This document shows, in pieces, positions 52,530-64,000 of a stretch of 64,000 nt of DNA. Under the pieces are notes generated by a model. The model saw only the letters and a list, made by a program, of their open reading frames with translations. It did not search any database and had not been told where the DNA came from. Numbering within the stretch: position 1 is the first letter of the stretch; each line of letters opens with the position of its first letter. The stretch lies in NCBI RefSeq assembly GCF_963921235.1, contig NC_086101.1, positions 1,426,001 through 1,490,000 of the forward strand. Reading direction: 5' to 3'. Source of the DNA: Mobula hypostoma. Lineage: Eukaryota. Made by a program: the position numbers and the translations under genes.

Positions 52530-52844
52530 TACCTCTTCCTAGAGATGCTGCCTGGCCTGCTGTGTTCACCAGCTACTTTGATGTGTATTGCTTGAACTTC
52601 CAGCATCTGCAGAATTCCTGGTGTTTGCATTTTTAAAAACAGTACTCCTGCTGCTGCCTAACCAATATTTTTTGCAATTGTACCATAACCTTCCTATTCT
52701 TGTATTGTGGAAAGCCTCCCATTGCTGAGATTCAGATATCTCGACACAACATTTTCCAATTCAGTTTTAAATCATTTACCAGCCTATTAAAATTGGACTT
52801 TCGTGGTTTGAAACCTAATTAATTTACATTTGACATCTCTAATG

Positions 52845-54580
52845 CTTTTTCACTGTTGAAGACACTAGCAGTATGGTGGAAATTCCAGAGTGTCAGGGGT
52901 CAGAGTTATGGGAAGCTGCCATTACTAGGGAGAAGGTACTTGGGAAAATGTAAGATCTGAAGGTACATAAGTCACCTGGACCCTTCTGTGTTCTGAAAGA
53001 GGTGGTTGAAGAGATTGTGGAGGCATTATTAATGATCTTTGAGGAATAAATTGATTCTGACATGGTTCCAGAAGACTTTGCAAATGTCACTCCAGTCTTT
53101 AAGAAGGGAGAGGATCAGAAGAATGGAAATTATAGGCCAGTTAGCCTGACCTCAGTGGTTGAAAGGTATTGGAGTTGATTATTAAGGATGAGTTCTCAGG
53201 GTACTTGAAGGCACATGATAAAAAAGGATGTAGTCAGCATGGTTTCCTCAAGGGAAAATCTTGTCTGACAAATCTGTTGGAAATCTTTGAAGAAATAACA
53301 AGCACGAAAGACACAGAAGAATTATGAGAATAGGTTGAGTGAACTCGGCCTTTTCTCCTTGGAGCGACAGAGGATGAGAGGTGTATAAGATGACGAGAGG
53401 CATTGATCGTGTGGATAGTCAGAGGCTTTTTCTCAGGGCTGAAAAGGCTAACTAACACAGGAGGGCACTGTTTTAAGGTTCTTGAAAGTAGGTACAGAGG
53501 AGATGTCAGGGGTAAGTTTTTTTTATGCAGAGAGTGGTGAGTGTGTGGAATGGGCTGCTGGCGACAGTGGTGGAGGTGGATATGATAGGGTCTTTTAAGA
53601 GACTCCTGGATAGGTACATGGAGCTTAGAAAAATAGATTGCTATGGGTAACCCTTGGTAATTTCTAAAGTAAGTATGTGTTCGGCACAGCTTTGCAGGCC
53701 GAAGAACTTGTATTGTGCTGTAGGTTTTCTACTTTGCATTTTGGTGGGACCAATCAGGATAGATTTACACAGTGGAAGGTCGGGTACTGAGGGGTGCTGT
53801 AGTGGTAATCATTGAAGATCGTGTTACAGGTACAGTGGTGCTAGAAAGTTTGTGAATCTTTTAGAATTTTCTCTTTCTGCATAAATATGACCAAAAATGC
53901 GATCAGCTCTTCATGCAAGTCCTGAAACTAGATAAAGAGAACCTAATTAAATTGGTAATTACCTTTCTAAAGTAAGTACATGTTCGGCACAGTATTGTGG
54001 GCTGAAGGGCCTGTATTGTGCTATAGGGTTGCTGTGGGAGAGGATGTGACTAGTGGGGTCTGTCCCAACGCAGGTCTTGTGCAGAATTCCCTAAAAGTTA
54101 ATTTACAGGTTGAGTCTGTGGAGAGGAAGGCAAATGCAATGTTAGCAGAAGGACGAGAATATGGGTATTCAGGCTGAGGAGAGGGGAGAGAAAGGATCAA
54201 CCATGATTAAATGACAGAGCAGTCTGGATGGGCCAAATGGCCTAGTTCTGTCTAATAGTAAAGCAAGGATATAATCTTGACTTTAATTGTGAGCAGTTTT
54301 GGGTCAGTTATCTTAGAAAGGATGTGCTGACATTGGAGAGGTTTCAAAGGTGGTTCAGGATTGAAACGGTTTTAATATGATGGCTTTGGGCCTGTTTTCA
54401 CTAGAATTCAGAAGAATGAGGAGTCCCCTAATTGAAACTTATCGAGTGGAGAAAGGCCTGGACGGTGCATGTGGAGAGGATGTTTCCGATGGTAGTTGAG
54501 TCTAGGTCCAGAGGATACTCAGAATAGAAGGATGCCTTTGAGAACAGAGATGAAGAGGAACTTCTTTAGACACAGAGTAG
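52845..54580 (+). mobile_element. Mixed CR1 fragments plus a Tc1-like end (about 53830-53960)
   Basis: RT motifs; tacagtggtgctagaaagtttgtgaa resembles a Tc1 terminus, with a similar piece near 60370-60465. Confidence 0.65.
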
Positions 54581-54647
54581 AAATATAGAAACATAGAAAA
54601 CCTACAGCACAATACAGGCCCCTCGGTCCACAAAGCTGTGCCAAACA

Positions 54648-55977
54648 CAGACATCCCACCTCTCCCGGAAGATCCAGGAGTCTCCCGCATATCGATAGTG
54701 GCTCCCTGATGCCCGGAAATTATATACAATATCCCGGAAATAGATTTTTTTGAGAGGGAGAGGGAGAGCGAACATCCTGATTGGTCTCCCTTCGTGCTAA
54801 GAGTGGTCCCCAAACACCGGGCCGTGAGGAAACAATATGATTTGGCGATATGAAACGATATGAGTCATTTGCACCTTTCCTCATTTCCTGTCACGCACTG
54901 TTGAACTGGAACGCATGCGAGGTCATTACCCGCGCATCATCCATGTCAGCACGGGAAGGGGATCAACTCCTCGAGCTTGTAAATGACGGTGGGCTGAAAA
55001 GTTTGTTTTACATAACATCTCTGCCGGCATTCCGGATCAAAGTCAAGGCTCAATATCCTGAGATAGCCACGAAAGCACTGAAAACGTTGCTTCCATTTCC
55101 AACATCATATCACTGCGAAGCGGAGTTTTCTACAATGAATGCAACGAAAACTCTAAATTGTGGAACGGACTGGACACAAGGAACCTCCTTCGAGTATCGC
55201 TGTCTCCCATCACCCCTCGATGGGACTGTCTTGTTGCAGGAAAACAAGCCCAGGGCTCCCACTGATTCAGCGATATTGGTGTGTTGCAATGATTTTATAT
55301 GTTCATACGGGGAAAATATGTGCTGTGTGTTTAATATCCAAACGTTACTTAAAATGTTATGATGCTTTGACTTATCACCTATATTCCGGTCTTGATTAAC
55401 AACCCCCCCGGTCGGCCGGTCCGCAAGAATATTGTCAATATTAAGCCGGTGTGCGCTGCAAAAAATGTTGGGGACCTAAGTAGACCTATCAGTTTTCTCT
55501 GTGGGCGGGCTTTGGAGTCGACCTCAAAAATAATGCCAGTGTTGCACTGTTTGCAACAGTGACTTTTCTATTGCCCATGGTGGGTTAAAATGTAAAAGAC
55601 ATGTTGAGGTGAGTTTAACAGGTGTCATTACAGCATAGCTAACGTTATTTAAACTAGCTGGCTAGCTGCTAAGGAGCTATGTTATTGATGTCCTACGTGA
55701 TGAGGCCAAACTCCCTGTAGCCTTGCTTAAAGTTGTAATAGAATAAACATGATAATATAATATAATATAAGCACATATTTTAATGTCACATTTGCTGCAT
55801 GTACCCAACTCGGTTTACAGATGAGACAAAATCACTAAACAAAGTATTACATACACCCTTGGAGGTCGATGGGTGGGGGTGGGGTGGGGGATATGGTGTT
55901 GCGGGGAGTGGGGTGCTACCTCCCTGAAATGGTGGTGATACCTCCCTGAAATGAATTTTTGCAGGGTGGGATGTCTG
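54648..55977. mobile_element. Non-autonomous DNA transposon with 13-bp TIRs and 6-bp TSD
   Basis: CAGACATCCCACC (54648-54660) and GGTGGGATGTCTG (55965-55977); TSD CAAACA; splits a CR1 3' end. Confidence 0.8.
54801..55476 (+). mobile_element. Deleted Charlie/Buster-type hAT element
   Basis: YPEIATKALKTLLPFPTSYHCEAEFS (hAT dimerisation domain); ends ggtccccaa and ttggggacc. Confidence 0.8.
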
Positions 55978-56787
55978 CAAACATGTACCTAGCTTAGAAA
56001 TTATCTAGGGTTACCCATAGCCCTCTATTTTTCTAAGCTCCATGTACCTATCCAGGAGTCTCTTAAAAGACCCTATTGTATCTGCCTCCACCACAGTCGC
56101 TGGCAGCCCATAGCCTTCATGCCCTGACCAATCAAGAATCTATCAAGAAGGCAGGAGATTGGGGCTGAGAGGGGAAAATGGATCAGACATGGTTAAATGG
56201 TGCAGCAGACTCGATGGGCCAAATAGCCTAATTCTGCTCCTTTATCTTGCGGTCTAATGCCTAATGCTTTTTCACAAAATCATTAAACACAGAAACAGAA
56301 CCTTTGAACCCACCTCGTCCACACCAACCATGAATCTTCTCAGTGCTAATTTTGTTTGACTGCATCAGACCCAAACATCATTCTATGCCTTTCTATCCAA
56401 GTACCTGCTTCCAGACTCCAGTGTCTGAAAAATCTTGTGTCTCTGTGCTAAGCTTTCTTTATCTTTGCATGAGTGAACTACATTTCCTATATATATGATT
56501 TGTTTATCAATGAACAGACATTTCTTTAAATTCTGCCAAAGATTAACAGCAATCCCATATTAATCGGAGTTCCCAATCTACTCCACTTCCTACTTGTGTT
56601 ATGTGCTTTATTTTAGCATGACTCTAGTTCCTGACTTGGTTGTCTGTCCACTAAATGGTGAGATTTTTTCATATTTTATTATCCTGGGACTACAGAACCA
56701 AAGGAGAAAACTTTTCATGTAAATAATTTGTAATGGATTCATCAGTATTGTACACATTTCCTTTCATTGTATTTTCTTCTTTACCAG

Positions 56788-56916
56788 ATTTTTTAGTGGT
56801 GTTCAGAGTTATCTCAGGGATTGTCATTATTCTGCTGTTAGCGATGACTGGCTACATTGCTTTCCTCTACCTCAGTCCTTACAGGGAAGAAGTTAGTTCA
56901 TTTCTGGTCATTAAAC
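56788..56916 (+). CDS. Exon E: third transmembrane segment
   Basis: Strong acceptor ttttcttctttaccag; donor AAAC|gtaagt; phase 1-1, 129 nt. Reads (D)FLVVFRVISGIVIILLLAMTGYIAFLYLSPYREEVSSFLVIK. Confidence 0.8.
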
Positions 56917-57407
56917 GTAAGTTTAAGCTTTACAATACTAATCCTTACATTTTGATTTTCATTCATTTTGAAAAGGGAAAGGAAAGTGGACCCAGAACTA
57001 ATCTTTGAAAAATCCTAATGTTAACCACCTTTCAATCCTCTCCCATTCTCTTTTCTGCATTGATTTAATTGTGTATAAATAATGTCTCTTTTCTTTAACC
57101 CCATGAATATCTAAGTTTTACATCAACATATTGCTTTTCAAATACCTTCTTAAATTCAACATGTATAGATACTGTACTACTTTTGTTAAGAAGGAGGGAG
57201 GCAAAAGACAGAAAATTACATGCTAGTTAGCCTGACTTCAGTGGTTGGAAAGATGTTGGAATCCATTATTAATGATGAGGTTTTGAGGTACTTGAAGGCA
57301 CCTGACGAAATAGGCCAAAGTCAGCATGGTTTCCTCCAGGGGAAATCTTGCCTGACAAACTATTGGCATTCTTGGAGGAAATATCAGATAGGATAGAGAA
57401 AGGATAA

Positions 57408-59325
57408 ATGGTGAATAATAAGTATACTGCCCTGGATACTGTTGGCGGGGACGACCGACCAGGGGTGAGCCATGGTGGCAGGGCCGCTGGCACTGAGTCT
57501 GACCCTGTGGTGCAGGAGGGTGGGAAGGAGAAGAGGAGAGCTGTCGTCATTGGAGACTCTATAGTCAGGGGAGCAGACAGGAGATTTTGTCGACATGAGA
57601 AGGACACCTGCATGGTTTGTTGCCTCCCAGGTGCCAGGGTCCGGGATGTCTCTGACCACGTGTACGACATCCAGGTACGAGAGGGAAAGCAACCAGGAGC
57701 CGTGATACATGTTGGTACCAATGACATAGGCAGGAAGAGGGATGAGGTCCTGAAGTGTGAGTTTCGGGAACTAGGCAGAAGGCTGAAGAACAGGACCTCA
57801 AGGGTGGCGTTCTTGGGATCGCTGCCAGTGCTATGTGATAGTGATGGTAAAAATTGGAGGAGATGGCAGTTGAATGCGTGGCTGAGGAGTTGGTGCAGGG
57901 GGCAGGGTTTTAGATTTTTTGATCATTGGGATCTCTTCTGGGGAAGGTGGGACCTGTACAGATTGGATGGGTTGCACCTGAACTCGAGGAGGAGCAATAT
58001 CCTTGCAGGTAGGTTTGCTAGCATGGTTCGTGAGGGTTTAAACTAATTTGCAAGGGGGATGGGACCCAGAGCGATAGAGCAGTGTACATGTGTGTACTTC
58101 AATGCAAGAAGCATCAGGAACAAAGGTGATGAACTGAGAGCTTGGATACATACATGGAATTATGATGTGGCCATTACAGAGACTTGGCTGGCACCAGGGC
58201 AGGAATGGATTCTCAATATTCCTGGATTTCAGTGCTTTAAAAGGGATAGAGAGGGGGGGAAAGGGGAGGAGGGGTGGCATTACTGGTTAGGGATACTATT
58301 ACAGCTACAGAAAGGGTGGGTAATGTAGCAGGATCCTCTTTTGAGTCAGTATGGGTAGAAGTCAGGAACAGGAAGGGAACAGTTACTCTATTGGGGGTAT
58401 TCTATAGGCCCCCTGGTAGCAGCAGAGATACAGAGGAGCAGATTGGGAGGCAGATTTTGGAAAGGTGCAAAAATACCAGGGTTGCTATCATGGGTGACTT
58501 TAACTTCCCTAATATTGATTGGCACCTGATTAGTTCCAAGGGTTTCAACGGGGCAGAGTTTAAGTGTGTATAACTACAACTGGCAGAATATAGTATTAAT
58601 GGTTAGACTCTTGGCAGTGTGGAGGATCAGAGGGATCTTGGAGTCCGAGTCCATAGGACGCTCAAAGCAACTGCGCAGGTTGACTCTGTGGTTAAGAAGG
58701 CATACGGTGTATTGGTCTTCATCAATCATGGAATTGAATTTAGGAGCCGAGAGGTAATGTTTCAGCTATATAGGTCCCTGGTCAGACCCCACTTGGAGTA
58801 CTGTACTCAGTTCTGGTCGCCTCACTACAGGAAGGATGTGGAAACCATAGAAAGGGTGCAGAGGAGATTTACAAGGATGTTGCCTGGATTGGGGAGCATG
58901 CCTTATGAAAACAGATTGAATGAACTGGGCCTTTTCTCTTCGGAGCGATGGAGGATGAGAGATGACCTGATAGAGGTGTACAAGATGATGAGAGGTATTG
59001 ATCGTGTGGATAGTCAGAGGCTTTTTCCCAGGGCTGAAATGGTTGCCACAAGAGGACACAGGTTTAAGGTGCTGGGGAGTAGGTACAGAGGAGATGTCAG
59101 GGGTAAGTTTTTTACTCAGAGTGGTGAGTGCGTGGAATGGGCTGCCAGCAACAGTGGTGGAGGCGGATACGACAGGGTCTTTTAAGAGACTTTTGGATAG
59201 GTACATGGTGCTTCGTAAAATAGAGGGCTATGGGCAAGCCTAGCAGTTTCTAAGGTAAGGACATGTTCGGCATAACTTTGTGGGCCAAAGGGTCTGTATT
59301 GTGCTGTCGGTTTTCTATGTTTGTG
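57408..59325 (+). mobile_element. CR1 with open ORF1 esterase domain and ORF2 lacking its middle (deletion or chimera at about 58570)
   Basis: VVIGDSIVRG, HVGTND and DGLHLN; EN N-terminus joined directly to the RT C-terminus. Confidence 0.85.
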
Positions 59326-59334
59326 TTTTTTTTT

Positions 59335-60120
59335 CCTCATCTCTGGAATCAACCTGGTGAACCTCTTCTGTACCACCTCCAAAGCTAGTTTGTCCTTCCT
59401 CAAGTAAGGAGACAAGAACTGCACACGGTACTCCAGGTATGGCCTCCCCAGTGCCCTGTACAGCTGCAGCACAGCCTCCCTGCTCTTGAATTCAACGCCT
59501 CTAGCAATGAAAGTCAATGTTCCATTTGCCTTCTTAACAGCCTGCTGCACCTGCAAACCAACTTTTTGTGATTCATGCACATGTACTCCCAAGTCCCTCT
59601 GCACAGCAGCGTGCTGCCATATTTTTTACCATTTAAATGATAATCTGATCTTGCATTTTTCCTTCCAAAGTGGATAACCTCGCACTTACCAGCATTGTAT
59701 TCCATCTGCTGGACCCTTACTCACTCACTTAACCCATCTATATCTCTCTATCTATCTATGACTCTCAATATTTTCTGCATAATGTTCTTTTCCACTCAAT
59801 TTAATATCATCAGCAAACTTGGGTATACTACACTTGGCCCCCTGTTCCAGATTGTTAATGTATATTGTGAACAGTATAATGTATATTGTGAACAGTTGCA
59901 GGCCCAGCGTCAACCCCTGTGGCACACCACTCACCATCAATTGCCAAACAGAGTAACACCCATGTATCCCAGCTCTCCGCTTTCTATTAGTTAACCAATC
60001 CTCTATCCATGCTAATACATCACCCCAACTCTATGAATCCTTATCTTACGGATAAGTTTCTTTTTTGGTGGCATCTTATTGAACGCCTTCTGGAAATCCA
60101 AATAAATAATGTCCATCTGG
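59335..60120 (-). mobile_element. CR1 RT fragment
   Basis: KFADD, QRDLGV and RPYLEY motifs. Confidence 0.8.
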
Positions 60121-60739
60121 TTTTAGATTATAATACACTGGTTTTAGATTAAACTATTGCACCCTCCATTTGTAACAGAAATTCAATCCTACTGTGATCC
60201 AAGAGGATCCCTAACTACAAGATCACCTCATTTTACCTGTCTCACTGTACAGGACCAGATCTAAGATAGCACGTTCCCTTGTGGGTTCAGTAACGTGTCA
60301 CAGCTCCCGTACTCAAATCATTGATTTACGAAAGCCAATGTTGCAGAAACTTTCTTTATGACCCTATCTAGTACTAGAAAGTTTTTGACTCCTATAGAAT
60401 TTTCTCTATTTCTGCATCAATTTGACCTAAAATGTAATCAGATCTTCACTTAAATCCTAAATTTAGATTCTTGGTGTCATCAGTAAATTTGCTGTTCCAG
60501 TTAACCACATTATCATGCAAATCCGTGAAATACATGACACACAACAAAGGAATAAGTGCCGATCCCTGCGGCACTCCACTAGTGACAGACCTCCACTCAG
60601 TGAGGCAACTGTCTACTACCACCCACTGGCTTCTCTCACAAAGCCAGTGGTTAATCCAGTTTACTGTCTCAACTGAACGGCAAGGGACTGAATCTTCTTG
60701 GCCAAGCTCCCTTGCGGAACCTTGCCAAATGCTTTGCAG

Positions 60740-61800
60740 CTGGGGGAATTTGTGATTGGAGTGAGTCTGGTCCCCAATGATCCTTCGGGCCCTTTTTGTA
60801 CACCTGTCCTAGTAAGTGTCCTGAATCATGGGAAGTTTTCAACTTCAGATGTGCTGGGCTGTCTGCACCACTCTGTAGAGTCCTGCGATTAAAGGAGGTA
60901 CAGTTCCCATACCAGGCAGTGATGCAGCCAGTCAGGATGCTCTCAGTTGTGCCCTTGTAGATGGTTCTTAGGATTTGGGGGCCCATACCAAACTTCCTCA
61001 ACCGTTTGAAGTGAAAGAGGTGTTGTTGTGCCTTTTTCACCACACAGCTGGTGTGTACAGACCACGCCAGGTCCTCGGGTGATGTGGATGCCCTCTCAAC
61101 CCCAGGACCATTGACGTCAATAAGGGTTAGCCCGTCTCCATTCCTCCTGTAACCCACAACCGGCTCCTTTGTTTTTGTGATTTGACACCACTGTGTTAGA
61201 GAGATGACTTCTTCCCTGTAGGCCAACTCATTATTGTTTGAGATAAGGCCAATCGATGTAGTGTCGTCAGCAAATTTAATTAACAGATTGGAGCTGTGGG
61301 TGGTGACACAGTCATAGGTATACAGGAAGTAAACGAGCGACTCGGTACACAACCCTGAGGGGCTCCTGTATTGAGAGTCAGAGGATTGGAGATGAGGGAG
61401 ACCACTCTTACCACCTGCTGGTGATCTGACTGGAAGTCCAGGATCCAGCTGGGGTCTCTGAGCTTCCTGTCGAGCCTGGATGGAACTATGGTGTTGAATG
61501 CTGAAATGTAGTCCAAGAACAGCATTCTCACATAAGCATCCTTCTCCAGATGTGTAACAACGGTATGTAGAGAAGCGACTATTGCGTCGTTTGTTGATCG
61601 GTTGTGTCGGTAGGCAAATTGTAGGGGGTCCAGTGTGGGTGGTAGCATGCTGCAGATGTAGTCCTCGACCAGCCTGTCAAAACATTTGCTTATTATTGAG
61701 GTGAGTGCGACAGGACACCAGCCGTTCAGGCATGTTACCTTGGTCTTTTTTGATTTTGGGGACAACGGTGGATAATTTGAAACAGGAGAGCACTCTACAC
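60740..61800 (-). mobile_element. Rex1/Babar-like RT fragment
   Basis: LDPLQFAYRHNRST, RMLFLDYISAFNTI, TGAPQGCV, IKFADDT, SILTGCITAWYGN. Confidence 0.85.
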
Positions 61801-61804
61801 TGGG

Positions 61805-62230
61805 AGAGGGGGAGATTTAAAGAAATCAGTTGATGTTTCAGGCCAAGACTCTTTGGCAGGTCTGGAGAAAAAGGCTGAGGTGTAGATTCAAAAGGAGGGG
61901 GAGGGGAGAGAGAAACACAAGGTGATGGGTGAAACCAGGAGGGGGGAGAGATGAAGTAAGTAGCTGGAAGTTGATTGGTGGAAGAGATGTAGGTCTGATA
62001 GGTGGGGATAGATGGCCATGGAAGAAAGAAAAGGGGAGGAACACCAGAGGGATATGAAGAGCAGGCAAGGAGATGAGGTGAGAGAGAGGAAAGGGGATGG
62101 GGACTGGTGAAGAAAAAGGCGGAGGTGGGGAGCATTACCAGACATTACCAGAAGTTTGAGAAATCCATGTTCATGCCATCAGGTTGGAGGCTACCCAGAC
62201 GGAATATAAGGAGGTGTTCCTCCAACCTAA
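61805..62230 (-). mobile_element. Older Penelope-like 3' region
   Basis: Shares gttcatgccatcaggttggaggctacccagacggaatataagg with 51818-51860. Confidence 0.65.
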
Positions 62231-63410
62231 ATCAATATTTCTGTCATTGACAAACAATGTGAAAAGTAGCTGTCCCAATACTGATCCCTGAGGAACACCA
62301 CTAGTCACTGGCAGCCAACCAGAAAAGGCCCTTTTTATTCCCATTCGCTGCCTCCTGCCTGTCAGCCATTCCACTATCCATGACAGTATCTTTCCTGTAA
62401 TTCTATAGGATGTTATCTCGTTGAGTAGTCTCATGTGGCACCTTATCAAATGCCTTCTGAAAAACAAAGTAAATGGCATCCGCTGCCTCTCCTTTGTCTA
62501 CCCTGCTTTTTGCTGCCTTGAAGAACTCTAACAGATCTGTCAGGCAAGATTTCCCTTTTACAGAAACCATGCTAACTTTGACTTATTTTATCATTAGTCT
62601 TCAAGTACCTTGAAACCTCATCATTAATAATGGACTCCAGCACTTTCCCAACTACTGAAGTTAGGCTAACTGGCCTATAATTTCCTTTCTTTTACCTTCC
62701 TCCCTTCTTAAAGAGTGAAGTGACATTTTCAGTCTTCTAATCCTCTGGGACTGTGCCAGAATCAAGTGATACTTGAAAGATCATGACCAATGCATCCATT
62801 ATCTCTTCAGCAATCTTTCTCATGACTCTGGGGATGTACTCTATCTGGCACAGGTGACTTATCCACCTTAAGACCTTTGAGTTTGCTTAGCATTTTTTTT
62901 CTTCATAGTAACAGCGGACACACTCCTGCTCTGACACTCACAGACCTCTGGCACACTGCCGACATCTTCCACAGTGAAGACAGATGCAAAGTACCCGTGA
63001 AGTTCATCTGCCATTTCTTGGTCTCCCATTACTACCTCACCAGCATAATTTTCCAGTGGTTCAATGTCAACTCTCACCTTCCTTTTACTCTTTATATAAC
63101 TGAAAAATCTTTTGGTATCCTGCTTTATATTATTGCCTAGTCTGCCTTCATATTTCATCTTTTCCTTTATAGCTTTTTTAGTTGCCTTTTGTTGGATTTT
63201 AAAAGCTTCCCAATCATCAACTTCCCACTCACTTTTGCTACCTCTATATGCCCTTTCCTTGGCTTTTATGCCTTTTGCTGGCCACTGATGCCTACCCCTG
63301 TCATTTGAGAACAGCTTTCTCTGTGGGTTATATCTGTCCGGTATCTTGTGAACTATTCCCAGAAACTTCAGCCATCTCTGCTCTCCAGTCACCAGTCTCC
63401 TCCTCCAATC
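62230..63410 (-). mobile_element. CR1 fragment
   Basis: [11 protein letters not shown] and YFASVFTVED motifs. Confidence 0.8.
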
Positions 63411-63462
63411 CACGTGTTGATTATTTCACTTTAGCAAATTATCCTGTGTTTCTTCCATACAG

Positions 63463-63500
63463 CTTCTTTTAACAGTTTTGAAACTTTGATACACTGACAG
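63463..63500 (+). CDS. Candidate further exon, stop-containing
   Basis: Acceptor gtgtttcttccatacag and good donor CAG|gtgagc in a unique island. In phase 1 it reads (P)SFNSFETLIH*, with the stop 3 nt before the donor. Confidence 0.3.
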
Positions 63501-64000
63501 GTGAGCGTTACATTATGCTTGGATCTGGAATATTCAATGTAATAATTTCACCTCTACCAATTTATGGAGCAACTGAAAATAGTGAGTATTACAATAGAAC
63601 TTAAAATAGATTTGAAACCTTCCTATATGTGATTGGTAATTTTTAAAAAAAACCCTATGAGTATTTGATTGAGATAATAGTTTGCGCCAAGTCCTATTCC
63701 TTCAGATAAGTAGCGATTGTGTTGTAAGATTGTTGTAAGGTCCACTGAACTTTTTAAGTCATTTGTTTTTAAAAAGTTCTAGACCACACAACTAAAGGGA
63801 AAACTAAAAGACAAAAAATGCCAGAAATATGCAGCTGGAAAGAGGAAAGACAGTTATTGATGCTTTGGGTGTAAACCCTTCATCAGAATTGAAATGTCCT
63901 TAATCTGTCCTTTTTTTTCCATGGGTGCTAACTGGCCTGCCATTTCAGCATTTTCTGCTTTCTGCCTTAGAAGTAAAATGAGTTTTAAAGTCAAGGGAGA

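Larger units (their letters stand above)
51401..52638. mobile_element. Penelope-like element in inverted configuration with 13-bp TSD
   Basis: Arms of about 51401-51860 and 52133-52590 are reverse complements; ACAGTACTCCTGC at 51388-51400 and 52639-52651. Confidence 0.85.

Noticed and set aside
54850..55362. Possible domesticated ZBED/Buster-like gene
   Set aside because: Only the C-terminal piece, frameshifted and flanked by TIR remnants.
1..64000. CRISPR array, retron or other prokaryotic RT system; many short antisense ORFs
   Set aside because: No repeat-spacer array seen; all RT motifs are eukaryotic retroelement types; antisense ORFs are shadows of repeat coding strands.

Overview
Eukaryotic genomic DNA, most likely from a cartilaginous fish (inferred from the CR1, Penelope and Rex1 repeat content). 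Most of the window is fragmented, repeatedly nested retroelements: several CR1 subfamilies, Rex1/Babar, RTE, L1, Penelope-like elements (PLE) with hammerhead ribozymes, a Gypsy remnant, two solo LTRs and SINE-like elements. Tc1 and hAT-type DNA transposons are also present. Short unique islands hold five exons of one + strand gene (1246-1602, 29368-29637, 38395-38511, 38607-38708, 56788-56916). All are bounded by AG/GT, are phase 1-1 and splice without a stop codon (975 nt, about 325 codons). The product is a CD2/SLAM/CEACAM-style disulfide-less IgV domain, an IgC2 domain and then three hydrophobic segments, each on its own exon. This suggests a multi-pass Ig-superfamily receptor, loosely CD47-like in layout but with a different ectodomain. 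No signal-peptide exon was found in the window and the C-terminus is uncertain. Repeat boundaries are approximate unless a target-site duplication (TSD) is quoted.
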